From assembly GCF_009914755.1 (NCBI RefSeq), contig NC_060947.1: a stretch of 64,000 bases of DNA, one strand, 5' to 3'. This DNA comes from the human T2T-CHM13v2.0 reference genome, Homo sapiens. The position numbers and the translations under genes are program-made. Under the pieces are notes generated by a model. It did no database searches. It saw nothing but the letters and a program-made list of their open reading frames with translations, and was not told the DNA's origin. This document shows, in pieces, positions 1 through 17,818 of this stretch; position 1 is the first letter of the stretch, and each line of letters begins with the position of its first letter.

Positions 1-979
1 CCAAATAACCTTCCTTAAACCTTGGATAAAATTCCCCTGTTTCACACTATCACCATCACAGATAAACGGATTGAAAAGACAACACCATTCTCAGTAGAAC
101 TGTTTGCTTACACTCAGTTAGCCAAGCTTCTACTACCTGATTTCATTGCCATGGAAAATCCTCCAGGATAACTTGGGTAGCAGCTACCTCTATTACTTCT
201 CCCAACATCCCACTGCTTCCAGTTGCTACTGTTTGCTGTTACAATCAGTGGTAGCCTAGAAACTTGAACCACCCAAGTGTTTTAAATGCGGAAGAGAAAA
301 TCTGAGGGAAAATTGGGAAGGAAAAAGTGTTTCCATGTTTCCGAAGAGCGGCATTGTGCTTGTATGACTGTTTTTCATCAGCTTTGACTTTTTGGAGAGG
401 CAGTTTTACTTTTCATAGCTAGTCTAATATTTCTTCTCACTAAATAGTGAATTAACACAGTGCAAATTTAGCAGTCATCCTTTTGACATCTTTACTCATA
501 AAATAAGTAAAAGCAATCCCCAACTTACAAAGAGTTCTCTAACCAAAAATCACTTGCAAATAAATGGTCCAGAACCCCAAACTCAAATTTCCATGGACAC
601 AATAGTCATATACATGTCTCAGACCAGCATATACATATATAGCTATTTAACCTATACCATGGATGATTTATATCATTTTGATAGCATGACTTTGGGTTAT
701 ATGATTTGGGAAATATGCATCTTTTGGGATATGAAAGATTCAAGAAGTACGGAAAAGAAATACTTCCTATTTTAAGACCTGGATTTGTCCAACACCCAAC
801 AAAGGAGATATATAAATGGGCATCTGCTCTCTCCTTCCACCTTCTGGTGCCCATATTTTCTACTCCCAAACTTCCTTATGTTTTAATCCTCATTCTCTTC
901 TATCTGTTGAAAATCTTATTCCCAAAGTATAGACTGACAACTTTCACATTCTGGGAGATTTTTATATTTTAAAAAGAGG

Positions 980-1276
980 GGCTGGGCATGGTGGCTCACA
1001 TCTGTAATTCCAGCACGTTGTCAGGCCAAGGTGGGTGGATCACTTCAGCCCAGGAATCTGAGACCAGCTTAGGCAATGTGGCGAAACTCTGTTTCTACAG
1101 AAAATACAAAAAGTAGCGGGGTGTGGTGGCACGTGCCTGTAGTCCCAGCCACTTGGGAGGCTGAGGTGGGAGGGAGGATCACCTGAGCCCAGGGATGTCG
1201 AAGTTGCAGTGAGCCATGATTGTGCCACTGCACTCCAGCCTGGGTGACAGGGTATGACCCTGTCTCCAAAAAAAAG
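980..1276 (+). mobile_element. AluJ-type SINE
   Basis: Dimeric Alu starting GGCTGGGC, with J-type right arm (GGATCACCTGAGCCCAGG, GAGCCATGAT) and an A tail. Confidence 0.9.
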
Positions 1277-1424
1277 GGGAAGCTGAGTTAAACCAAACCA
1301 ATCTGAATCACAGATTGATAGGATTTCCAAGAATATAAGAATGCAAAGTAAAAATATTCAGATGGTAGCATAAGCGTCTGGGGGCAGAAAGGCTTTAGCT
1401 ATTCTTGGTAGGCAATCTACTTTG

Positions 1425-2095
1425 GTTAATACTGTGAACTGGCTCACCTAAATCTACTTACCATCCTTCCAGTTGGACAGGTTGGAAATTAAAAACTGTA
1501 TTTGCCAGACTTCCATGCAGCTAGTGTTCTGATTATGAATTAGGATATAATAAGTTAGGGTTGTCAGATAAAATACAAGGCACCCAGTTAAATTTAAATT
1601 TTCTACACAATCTTTTTTTATTTAGTGTTAAGTATGTTGCATGCATTATTTTTATTTGCTAAATCTGGCAACGTTTTGCCAAATGTGTATACTTGTGAGA
1701 GATCTGGAAAGTGGAAGTGAGGCATAGGTCACCTTTCTGCCCCTTTTGGCTATTTCTGTTGGCGAGCTTAGTCAAAGAAACATGAGATTTCCTACATCAG
1801 AGTTCCAAAGTTCTTTCTCCAGCTTCCTGGCTGGAGAAGGGCAGTTGCTAACAGCAGCTTCAAAAGTGGTAGCGTCTAGATTTCAACCTCCTGGTTCCTA
1901 GTTCCTATTTACAAAGTATGTTCTTGAAATCATTGCTTCAGTGGTACCCCGGAGATGGTAGTTTCTTATTGGATCAGTTCTATATAGTTTTAGAAATCTG
2001 TCCTCGAAGCCAAGTCTAAAACCTGCTACTTTAGCCTTTCCAAAACTTTGATATGTGTCTAACGTACCTAGAGTAGTTTCTCTTTTCTGCAGTGA
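1425..2095. mobile_element. Old ERVL LTR (LTR33-like), interrupted by MER53
   Basis: Resembles recalled LTR33 motifs (AAAACTGTATTTGCCAGACTTCCATGCAGCTAG; GATCTGGAAAGTGGAAGTGAGGC). Confidence 0.55.
1556..1673. mobile_element. MER53 hAT MITE, internally deleted
   Basis: Termini AGGGTTGTCAGATAAAATAC...TTTATTTGCTAAATCTGGCAAC. Confidence 0.75.
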
Positions 2096-3000
2096 ACTCC
2101 GTTATATTGACCTTCAGGGCCACCTCCTCTATTTGTTTCTACTACTTGCAATATCTTCCTTTAGTCATTAAAAAAATCTACAAACAATACAACTTTATGG
2201 TTTTCTTAACATGGTTCTTTGTCACAGCAGAGATTTCCCATCACAGAAGGATAGGAATTGAGGAAGGCAAGTGGATTTGTACCTATGGAGAGATGTCTTG
2301 TTTTATTTATTTTATTTCTAAAGAACATACTTTACAAGACACTTTAGGTTGTAACAGTGCATTAAAATACCTAAACAGTATACCAGCATCCTTTAGGAAC
2401 ACTTTACTATTATTTTTCTCATCTCTTTTGTCCCTCATATCTAGATGTCAAATTTCCACTGACAAGTAATTTGATGCCTAGGGAAAATATTCGATTCAAC
2501 AGTTTCATAACATGATGTCCTATTAATTAAAACATGATACACTGACATTAAATTTCCAAATGAAAAGAAGCCCAGAAGTGAAATATCACAAACTTGATAC
2601 ATACGTATAGTCACATGGAGGGGTGGAGGGATACTAAGGAAAGACAGTGTGTTTTCAAACCTGGCTTGCACGTGTGAGGTGAACACTGGAGAACAGAACT
2701 TACCTCTCTGCTGTCAGCACTTGGAACAGCACTGAGCGCACTCGAGGCGCTCAATAAATCGAGCTTAATTTTTTAAATCTTTTCGCTCCCTTCGCCCATT
2801 CTGCATATATCTCATGTACAATTTCATTTCCCAAAAGTACCAGGTTCTAACATCAGGAAGAAAATATATGGTGAGTATTGACCATTTCTGGTGGTCAAGG
2901 TCTCTACTCTTAATCTCATGTAATTAGGGTGATCCTATAGTTCATTGTCCAAACCTGAACACTTTTGAGAGTGTCCAGGATGCTAATAATAATCACACAG

Positions 3001-3671
<671 letters not shown>

Positions 3672-4534
3672 TCAGTAGCAGCAGAGGCAGCCTTTCTTCC
3701 CGCTCATTCTCTCCAAGTAACAAAAGGTCTGTGACACGACGTTCTCTTTCTGCCTGGGGTTCACTGCACGCAGTGAATTGATCACTGCACCTGTTTCTTA
3801 CATTCAGGGAACGGAAAGCAGAGAAAGGCCAGTGGTTCACACCACTGTTTGTGCACCCAGGTGCCCTCTCACCGTGGGGAGTAAACACCTTCGGTTCTGT
3901 TTGCTACGGAAAAGAAAAATGAAAAGAGGGCCAATAACAAAATGCCCTTCAAAGAAAACACTTTGTGAGCCTGTGTGTAGCAAAGATAAGAACTAGGACA
4001 CTGTCATGAGAAAGATCCTAGAATAGCTTCTTGAAAGAAAGATTTCTTTAAAAAAAAAAAAAAAGAATGCGAGTGAATGTTGCTACGACATCTATTGTGT
4101 ATTATCTGCCATATCCCTCTTAGCAAATGACGATTAAAGTTTCTGCATCTGTCGGTAATGCAAACGGGAAAGAATTCACTTTCCTGAAATTTACTTTAAA
4201 TTTTCCTTTACGGAGAAATGATTCATTCCCCCTGTATTTCATACCTGATATGTAATACAGATTTTATGTTTAAAAAAATGGCTTTGTGGGGCTCCCATAC
4301 TAACCAAAAATTTCTTCCTAGACATTTCTAACTGTATCTAGAGAAAACAGGGACATCAAAACAAAACAAGAACACAACAACACAGCAAAATCCTGGATTT
4401 TCAATTTATAAAGTCATGGATGAAGAACTGGTTTAAACCTAAAATCCATAATCAGAGAACTTCAAAGAGATATGGTATATTATACACATCAGCCTTTTCC
4501 TTTTGAAGAAAAGCAGAGAGAAGACACTGGAAGG

Positions 4535-4675
4535 GGAAACCTCCTGCTACTCTGGGAGCTCCTAAGGGCTGGGACCATATCTGCCTTGTCTGCGGCTGTA
4601 TCTCCCACTTCCAGCTTGATAGCTGGTATGCAACTGCTTTTGCTTTCAATAAAGTTATCGAGTAAATGATTGGAT
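4535..4675 (+). mobile_element. L2 3' end fragment
   Basis: GAGCTCCTAAGGGCTGGGACCATATCTGCCTTGT...TCAATAAA resembles the L2 terminus. Confidence 0.6.
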
Positions 4676-5044
4676 ACATTAATACATTGATTAGTTATGA
4701 AAGACATCAAGTACCAGAGAACATCAAAGAAGGCTAATAATGAGAGTCAAGCAGTGGGTAACCTTGGTATATACCTAGATAATAGAGCACTGGTTTCTCT
4801 TTTTTTTTTTTTTTTTTTTTTAATTTTTTTTTTTTTTTTATTATACTCTAAGTTTTAGGGTACATGTGCACATTGTGCAGGTTAGTTACATATGTATACA
4901 TGTGCCATGCTGGTGCGCTGCACCCACTAACGTGTCATCTAGCATTAGGTATATCTCCCAATGCTATCCCTCCCCCCTCCCCCGACCCCACCACAGTCCC
5001 CAGAGTGTGATATTCCCCTTCCTGTGTCCATGTGATCTCATTGT

Positions 5045-5869
5045 TCAATTCCCACCTATGAGTGAGAATATGCGGTGTTTGGTTTTTTGTTCTTGCGATA
5101 GTTTACTGAGAATGATGGTTTCCAATTTCATCCATGTCCCTACAACGGACATGAACTCATCATTTTTTATGGCTGCATAGTATTCCATGGTGGATATGTG
5201 CCACATTTTCTTAATCCAGTCTATCATTGTTGGACATTTGGGTTGGTTCCAAGTCTTTGCTATTGTGAATAGTGCCGCAATAAACATACGTGTGCATGTG
5301 TCTTTATAGCAGCATGATTTATAGTCCTTTGGGTATATACCCAGTAATGGGATGGCTGGGTCAAATGGTATTTCTAGTTCTAGATCCCTGAGGAATCGCC
5401 ACACTGACTTCCACAATGGTTGAACTAGTTTACAGTCCCACCAACAGTGTAAGAGTGTTCCTATTTCTCCACATCCTCTCCAGCACCTGTTGTTTCCTGA
5501 CTTTTTAATGATTGCCATTCTAACTGGTGTGAGATGATATCTCATAGTGGTTTTGATTTGCATTTCTCTGATGGCCAGTGATGATGAGCATTTCTTCATG
5601 TGTTTTTTGGCTGCATAAATGTCTTCTTTTGAGAAGTGTCTGTTCATGTCCTTCGCCCACTTTTTGATGGGGTTGTTTGTTTTTTTCTTGTAAATTTGTT
5701 TGAGTTCATTGTAGATTCTGGATATTAGCCCTTTGTCAGATGAGTAGGTTGCGGAAATTTTCTCCCATGTTGTAGGTTGCCTGTTCACTCTGATGGTAGT
5801 TTCTTTTGCTGTGCAGAAGCTCTTGAGTTTAATTAGATCCCATTTGTCAATTTTGGCTTTTGTTGCCAT
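5045..5869 (-). pseudogene. L1-ORF2: L1 ORF2p C-terminal segment (aa ~1002-1275, includes Cys-rich CCHC motif)
   Basis: 274-aa stop-free frame [10 protein letters not shown]...[18 protein letters not shown]...SLIGGN. Confidence 0.93.
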
Positions 5870-5877
5870 TGCTTTTG

Positions 5878-6695
5878 AAAAACTTTGAAAAAAATTTAGA
5901 AGAATGTATAACTAGAATAACGAATACAGAGAAGTGCTTAAAGGAGCTGATGGAGCTGAAAACCAAGGCTCGAGAACTACGTGAAGAATGCAGAAGCCTC
6001 AGGAGCCGATGCGATCAACTGGAAGAAAGGGTATCAGCAATGGAAGATGAAATGAATGAAATGAAGCGAGAAGGGAAGTTTAGAGAAAAAAGAATAAAAA
6101 GAAATGAGCAAAGCCTCCAAGAAATATGGGACTATGTGAAAAGACCAAATCTACGTCTGATTGGTGTACCTGAAAGTGATGTGGAGAATGGAACCAAGTT
6201 GGAAAACACTCTGCAGGATATTATCCAGGAGAACTTCCCCAATCTAGTAAGGCAGGCCAACGTTCAGATTCAGGAAATACAGAGAACGCCACAAAGATAC
6301 TCCTCGAGAAGAGCAACTCCAAGACACATAATTGTCAGATTCACCAAGTTGAAATGAAGGAAAAAATGTTAAGGGCAGCCAGAGAGAAAGGTCGAGTTAC
6401 CCACAAAGGAAAGCCCATCAGACTAACAGCGGATCTCTCGGCAGAAACCCTACAAGCCAGAAGAGAGTGGGGGCCAATATTCAACATTCTTAAAGAAAAG
6501 AATTTTCAACCCAGAATTTCATATCCAGCCAAACTAAGCTTCATAAGTGAAGGAGAAATAAAATACTTTATAGACAAGCAAATGCTGAGAGATTTTGTCA
6601 CCACCAGGCCTGCCCTAAAAGAGCTCCTGAAGGAAGCGCTAAACATGGAAAGGAACAACCGGTACCAGCCGCTGCAAAATCATGCCAAAATGTAA
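5878..6695 (+). pseudogene. L1-ORF1: L1 ORF1p remnant, N-terminally truncated and frameshifted
   Basis: Coiled coil, RRM and CTD sequence ([12 protein letters not shown]...QNHAKM); 1-bp deletion at ~6346 (ACCAAGTT vs ACCAAAGTT) splits it into two ORFs. Confidence 0.93.
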
Positions 6696-6734
6696 AGACC
6701 ATCGAGACTAGGAAGAAACTGCATCAACTAATGA

Positions 6735-9824
<3,090 letters not shown>

Positions 9825-10699
9825 TTGTTTTAGCCACCTTTTCCCCCTCCAATCTTCCAAGTTACAGCAGTTCTCCTCACTACCAAAAGTGTGATGGTAG
9901 GACTATAGTTTGCCATTGTCCCTTCATTCATTCTACAAATACTGAGGGAGATGCAGTGATGAACATGACAGACACTGTCCCAGTCTAATCCGGGGTTTTC
10001 TGTTATAAAAGAATGATATCAGGGTTTAGATTAGGTACTCTGAATGCAAAGCCCTTTGAAAGTTGGACAACTCTGAACACATCAGGGATCCTAGTACATG
10101 ATGAACAAGTATCTGAGAGAATTTTCTTAATTTAACACCTAGAAAATCAGCTAAAAGGGTAAAACTGTTTGCACAGAAAACCAAACCATTTAAGAAGAGA
10201 TTGAATAGTTATTAGATTCTTTTGATCAGGTAGAAAACCTATCCTGGGAGTTAAAATCTCAAGATAGGCTCTTCTTGGCCTATAATATCTATTTGGACTA
10301 GTCACATGGCCTGAAATTAATGAGATAATTGAAAACTATCCTCCACTAGAATCTCCTCATTTTATGCATTTTATGCAAGGTTGCTTAGTGGCCTAGGATT
10401 GATAATAATAAGTAAGCTAATGAACCCAATCCCAAACTGATTTTGCAGTATCTTTTATCAGTAGATTTCATGGCAGTTGCTGTATATTTAATTGTAAAAA
10501 ATTCGGGACTGTTTAAACTGGGGAGGTGAGAAAACAGAAGGAAAAGAGGTAGAAATAAGAAGCACAAGAAGATTGTGAACCAGTTTTCATAAACTTAGAA
10601 GCAATGAAAGGTACTTGAAACTGCAAACAGAATAGAGTGGACTTAAAACTGCTCACTGATTGTGTACTCAACATTTTCTCTGTTAAATAGGATCCTAGA

Positions 10700-12665
10700 G
10701 CAGCTATTTCAAATTGCCACTCACCTTAAATCTCAGACTCCAACACCTTCCTCATCACTGGGCATTTAGCTGCAGCTTCCACTTCAATAAAAAATAAATC
10801 CAATACAACAATCCTACTTAACCTTTCACCAAACTTACAAAACTACCAGTAGCTATGCCCATCCTCCTTCCCTTCTCCCCTGATGTTGTAATAGAAGCTG
10901 TACTTTCCTTCCTATCTGAAGCTAATTTCTAAATTTCATCTTTCTGCCTTCTCAAGTACCTGTGCTATTGATTATCTCTAATTTCTCCTGCATCCTCAAC
11001 CTCTCCCTCTCTACCATCTTCTTCTCATTGCCATTTAAACATGTGTAAGTCACTACCCTTTTAAGAGTGTGTTCTTCCTGCCCCTACATCCATCTTCTGC
11101 TACTATGGCCCTTTCTCTCTTCCCATCGCAGCCAAAAGTCTTAAAATAATTGTTTTACACTTGCTCCCCCACTTTCTCAATTCTCAATCATGCCTGAACG
11201 TACTGCAATCTTGGTTCTTTAGTTACCACCAAGTAATTACTGAGTTCTCCATAATCAACACTGAAATCACTTGCATAAAGGTTGTCAATACCTTCCTTGT
11301 TGCTAAATTAATAGGATATATTTTGGTCTTATCTTTCATGATGCTTTTGTAGTATTTGACACCTCTAAATGTTACTTTTTCTTGAAAACCTCTCTTCCCT
11401 TGGATTCTGTGACATCACACGAACCTAGTCTGTCTCCTATCTACTGAACTGCAAATTTCCCTGTCTCCACTGAAAGCTTATTTTTCTTTATTTACCCCTG
11501 AAACTTTGCCATTTTCCTGGGTTCACTCCTAGGCCCTCTTCTCATCTACGAACTTTACTCTGAACCATTTCAAACCCTTGCAAGGTTTTAATTACGTATA
11601 TACTGATAATTAAATATCCAATTAAAGATTCTCTAGCCTAGAACATTTCTCCATAGGTTCAGCTCACATACCTAGGTATCACAACTTAGTTACACTATCA
11701 TCATTACTCACCTGGACAATTTCAATAGTGTGCTGAAGCTATCTTCTTGCCTCCAGTTTGCTAAGCTTCCTCTAGTCCCTTGAAATAACATGACATGACT
11801 TTCTCACTTCCAGGCCTTTATGCATAGTATTCCATCTGCTGGGACTCCACCTCCTCCAAATCCCCAACTTGACCTGTCTAACTCCTGCTTCTCTTCAGGT
11901 CTCAGCTGAGGTAAGGCTTCCTTGGGAAAGCCTTCTGCATCCTGCCAAGCCAGGGTCAATTACCTTGATGTACACCCGTAGCACTATCATAGTAATACCC
12001 TTACCATCTATAGGTTGAATATCTCATATCCAAAATACTTGCGACTGAAAGTATTTCAAATTTCAGGTTTTGGAATATTTGCATTACCCTATGGATATCA
12101 TGCAGGCCTTTAGGGCATTTTCAACAATATCTTGACACCACCAGAGAATATACCAGCAAACACAGTGATTAATGCACGTAGGTTTTGGCCCCATGCTGGA
12201 CATTGTAGGGTACCTGCCGTTGTCGCGTCTAGCCCGCACATGTGCCATTTTTCGTACCTTTTGTGGGTTTGCTTGTATGATGGAATCTGGGTGTGGGTGG
12301 AAAAGATATATCACAGCTAACGGGGGCTGAGAGGATCTTTCTTCCCTTGGGGATGCTGAATAAACTCTATGTGGTGTGCCTGCATTTTCACTGTGACTTG
12401 TCACATGAGGTCAGAAGTGGAGTTTTCCATTTGTGATGTCATGTCAGCATTCAAACAGTTTTGGAATTTGGAACATTTGGATTTCAGGTTTTTGGATCAG
12501 GGATGTTCAACCTGTAGTAGTTACTTGTTTAATTTCCTTCCTCCCCCACTAAACTACAGATCAAAGAAGATAGAGATCAAACCTATTTCCTTTATTTATT
12601 GATGTGTCTCTAGTGTCTAGCCTAATGTTTGGAACATCAATAAATATTCATGAAAGAAATGGATA
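10700..12665 (+). mobile_element. Degraded L2 LINE interrupted by a Tigger4-family element
   Basis: Pyrimidine-rich L2-like body ending in the 3' motif GTGTCTAGCCTAATGTTTGG...AATAAATATT. Confidence 0.65.
12011..12514. mobile_element. Tigger4/Zombi (MER46-type) Tc1-mariner element
   Basis: TIRs AGGTTGAATATCTC...GGGATGTTCAACCTG flanked by TA. Confidence 0.8.
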
Positions 12666-15237
12666 AATAACTGTATGCTTGCACCAGAAGATATCCCACA
12701 GCAGTCTTTTCTAATCCTTGGTAATTTGAATTTTTTGTATTATTGATTTATATACAAGGGCTAATGTCCTGCGAAGTAGTAGTACATATGTTTCTGTTTT
12801 TAAAAGACATTGTTTCATAAAATTCTATTATAATGAAAAGCATGGGCTATTACATTTTTCCTTCATGGAGATATTTCTTATATATCGTAAATCTAGAAAT
12901 GTGTATTAAATTAGACATACTAGAAGTCAAAGAACTGAGGTACAGCTATTTAGAAATGAATTTGTGGAAGCAGAGGGCCATGAACAGCTGTGCAAGTTGT
13001 ACACCGAGAAAAACAAAGAAGTACCATTCACATCATGAGTTGTATGTTTCACAATCTGGACGGCTCTTCATGGCAGTCCTGAATTGTAGTAAAAGAGAAG
13101 GGTTATTCGTTCTCATTATTTTTTCCTCAGACTCTCTCTTCATGGTGAGGGATGATTATTCTCGTATTCTTAAATTTCAGTCTAATAGAGTTATTAGAAT
13201 TTTAAAGCTGGAGAGTATCTTAAACATGAAGTAGCCTAGAGATGACAAAGAGGTTTTACCTATGTGCTAACTCTCATTAGTGAGTGGTAGCTACCTGGAG
13301 CATTGCCTTGAGAAGTGCTCTGATACAGAGCTGACTGACTAGCCATGTCTTTCAGGGGTAAACGAGACAGAAACGGAAGCCATTCACGTATTTTCCTTCC
13401 TTGTTCCAGTTAATCTATTCATTTTCCAGAAGAGAAAATTAAGGTCCAGAAAAGCAATGCAACTTGCTCTTAACATCAGTGCTGGAGCAGAACCCAGGTT
13501 TCTGTACTTCTAGCCTACGTCCCTTCCTTCACACCTGGTTTCAAGATTCCTTAAAGATAAATTATAAATTCTAGCCCTAAGATTTGCTGCCTTTCAAATT
13601 TTAACCTATTTTCAAGGTTAACTACCTGCCTTTGGTCACCAGCATAAATAAATCTGGATATGCCATGTGAGAACACAGCATCATCACAGCAAATAGTCTT
13701 TAGCATCATAAAACTATCACATAAAATGTAGTGCCAAGTGCACTACCTAAAAGGCACATGTTATAAGTAGTAGGGGTCATTGTCAATCAAGTTAAGCAAT
13801 GCAGGGGGGAAAGAAATTGTCAGAGGAACAACGAAGAGATCATCTGTAATATCGTTTTGAGACATATTTGGCTTGAATCTATACAAATGGCAGCAGAATA
13901 CTTGCAAGGACTTTTGTCCCAGTGTGAAGAGGTAACAACTGGAATTGATTCAACGTCTATTAACATTGGTCATGGTGCTAGATACTGAGAATCCACCAGT
14001 AAACAGGAAAGACATAGTCCCTATCTTTGTGGTTGGTTACATTTTAGTAGAGAAGTGAGGCACTGAACAATGATGTGAGTGTTTTGAAAGAGGAAGTACA
14101 AGGAACTTCTTAGGGGTGGGAGGGGTAGCCGATGACCCCAAATTTTTGACAATTGCCACTCGGAAACAGAATATAGAGATCAATTTGTGATAACTTTCTG
14201 CAGCTATTCTGCATCCAGGCTGGATATCCAAAACAAACACTGGATTGCTGGAAAACTTAGGAATTTAATATTCACAAATCGATATTCTAAAATAAGTAAA
14301 AACAATTAGAAAAGACAGATTCACACAGAGTAATAACCATTTGAATCTCAATAGATACTAGTTATAAAATGATACGGACCTTTAAATCAGTACATCTTCT
14401 GATGTCTAAAAGATGCTTATCACTACTCACTAGACTCTTTTTCACTTGCTTTGCAAATCAGTTTAAACATACATGGTAATCAGGAGTCATTATTTTTATT
14501 CACTTGGAAAGTCAGAAGTACCTTTTCCCAGTGAGATTTTGAAGGAAAAGTAAAACACCCTTCATTTGGAGATTTTATGGGTGTCTAAACATGTGCTTTT
14601 CTAAACAGGAAATGATTTATGACTTATCAAAGGATATGCCTGAGTCTCTCACCTAATCTCTAAACCCAGCTGACTTTCTCCATTTCTCTAACACTGAGCG
14701 TAGCAAAAGGAGACGCTCTTGATTAGCCAAGAGACACTGCTGCTCATACACCAACCTATATTTGACTCAGGGTTGGGGAATTGTGAAACAACCTAAATGC
14801 AGCACTTTTAGATGAAAATTGCTCTGAGGATTTTCCATTCTGAAAAGTAGAAGGAAACCAAGGAGTTCTTATAATACCAGAAAACTTAGAAGCCCTTAAT
14901 GCACAATATTACACTGACCTACAAAATGACCTTCGCACAAAGTTAACTTATTAAGAAGCAAGGAAAATAGGTAGAAAGGCATTGTTGGTACAAATAGAAA
15001 CGCTGCTAAAATGCCGAGTCTGGAAAATTTGAAAAAGATCTTAATTTCCAAAACTGTTTCTGCTCAGAAAGAAGTAAGAGGAATATCATTTGGTGATATA
15101 AAACTTGGCCCTTTTGAGAGTGTGGGAGAAAATGGGTGGAGAACTATTGATTCTGACATAATCACTGCAAATTTTCTACACTGTCATTGATTAATTTCTT
15201 CAATAAACATCGATTTAGGATCTACTGTGTTCTAGGG

Positions 15238-16219
15238 CTGTGCTGCTCTGTCTAACACAGGAGCCACTGGCTGTAGGTAGCTACCGAGCAATTGAAATCA
15301 GGCTAGTGAGACGGAGAGACTGAAGTTTAACAAATTTTTATTCCATTTTATTAAATTTAAATATAAATTTAAAAATTGACTCTTGGTTCAGTTATTGAAA
15401 AACTTTTGTGTATGTTTGGAACAACTTAGGAATGTGAATCTTCTTTTTTCAACTATAAAGTTTATGAAATGTAAATAGAGACCAAATATTTTCTTTTTTT
15501 TTTATTATACTTTAAGTTCTAGGGCACATGTGCACAACGTGCGGGTTTGTTACATATGTATACATGTGCCATGTTGGTGTGCTGCACCCATTAACTCGTC
15601 ATTTACATTAGGTATATCTCCTAACGCTATCCCTCCCCCCTCCCCCCACCCCACGACAGGCCCTGGTGTGTGATGTTCCCCACCCTGTGTCCAAGTGTTC
15701 TCATTGCTCAATTCCCGCCTGTGAGTAAGAACATGTGGTGTTTGGTTTTCTGTCCTTGTGATAGTTTGCTCAGAATGATGGTTTCCAGCTTCATCCACGT
15801 CCCTACAAAGGACTTGAACTCATCCTCTTTATGGCTGCATAGTATTCCATGATATATATGTGCCACATTTTCTTAATCCGGTCTATCATTGATGGACATT
15901 TGGGTTGGTTCCAAGTCTTTGCTACTGTAAATAGTGCCGCAATAAACATACGTGTGCAGGTGAGACCAAATATTTTCAATGAAAATACGGTGTCCAAATT
16001 GAGATGGGATGCAATTGAAAGACACATGCCAGATTTCAAAGACTTAGAATGGAAAAAGCAAATTTTATTAATACTTTTTATTGATTACATATTGAAATAA
16101 TAATATGTTGGATATATCAGGGTCAATAAAATATTAGTTTCACTTCTACTTTTAAAGAACGTGGCTACTAGAATACTTAAGATTACATAGGTGGCTCTCA
16201 TTTCTATGGGACAACACTG
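15238..16219. mobile_element. Charlie1-family hAT element (Charlie1b size) split by an L1PA
   Basis: MER3/MER33-like ends (GGAGCCACTGGCTGTAGGTAGCTAC; GTGGCTCTCATTTCTATGGGACAACACTG); about 0.5 kb without the insert. Confidence 0.65.
15494..15961 (-). mobile_element. 5'-truncated L1PA (PA5-like) 3' end
   Basis: L1 3'UTR with GAG diagnostic; exact 16-bp TSD GAGACCAAATATTTTC at 15478-15493 and 15962-15977. Confidence 0.9.
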
Positions 16220-16489
16220 TTCTGGACATTGTGCTGGCATTGGGAACATAAAACTAAACATTCCCTTAAGGATTTTACGGAATGGTGGTACATTTACTGC
16301 TATAGCAGAGAGATATAGAGGAATGCAAAGGACGCTATGGGGACATAGATGAGTAGCAATTAAATTAGGCTGATGTCAACCATGGCTACCTAAAATAAGG
16401 CATGCTTAAATTGATCCTTAAAGTTTGAGTGGAAGTTAGATGAAGAAAGACGAAGGGTATTCCAGGAAGACGGAATGGCATGTACGATA

Positions 16490-16740
16490 ACATTGGGAGA
16501 AGTAGTACAATACAGTGATTAAGAATCTAGAACCTCTACCCTTTGAGTCATATGCACTCAAGCTGTACCACTTACTATCTGTGAGATCATATGTAAATTA
16601 CTTATCTGTATCTCTTTCCTTCTCTGTGAAATAGGGATACTACTACTGTCAACCTTATAAAGTTATCGTAAGAAATGCATGAGTTAATATACTGCTCAGA
16701 ACTGTGTCTGGTCCACATTGTATTTCCTGCTATTATTGTG
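16490..16740 (+). mobile_element. MIR SINE within degraded L2 sequence
   Basis: MIR core CTGTACCACTTACTATCTGTGA...TCTGTGAAATAGGGATA. Confidence 0.65.
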
Positions 16741-17034
16741 AATTAGAAAATACTCCCACAGGTTGGAGTAAAGGGAATACTGTCTGTGAAAGTGTCAGGG
16801 AAGATGGGGCTACAGAGGTGACCAGGCATCATGCATTCACCAGAGCAGTTTGACCTTTTATCCTTCAAGCTGTGAGAGGATTAGTCACATCTTGAAAACA
16901 TATTCCAGGCATAAGAGTAGCAGAGCATTTAGATGGATCTAAGGCAATAGATAAGAGATAAGAGGCCAATGCAGCAAGCTAGTTGAGCAGTGCTGCGGGG
17001 CCACTGCGAATAGAGGGCAGGGCATGAATAAGGT

Positions 17035-17818
<784 letters not shown>

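Noticed and set aside
2697-2876. Consensus donor sites on both strands (GAG/GTAAGT minus ~2700; ATG/GTGAGT plus ~2870)
   Set aside because: No convincing partner acceptors; adjacent to an L2-like remnant.
4452-4710. Three overlapping short ORFs next to the L1
   Set aside because: They overlap an L2 3' end and show no recognisable protein similarity.
5860-6357. 165-aa ORF beginning MLPLLLK
   Set aside because: The start is a TTG from the antisense side of the inversion junction; the rest is broken ORF1.
12084-12602. ORFs of 62-106 aa
   Set aside because: Inside the Tigger4-family element; no transposase motifs recognised.
13767-13988. Protein-looking open frame (RNNEEIICNIVLRHIWLESIQMAAEYLQGLLSQCEE) with GAG/GTAAC
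   Set aside because: No polypyrimidine acceptor, weak donor, only 33 codons from ATG, and no homolog I recognise.
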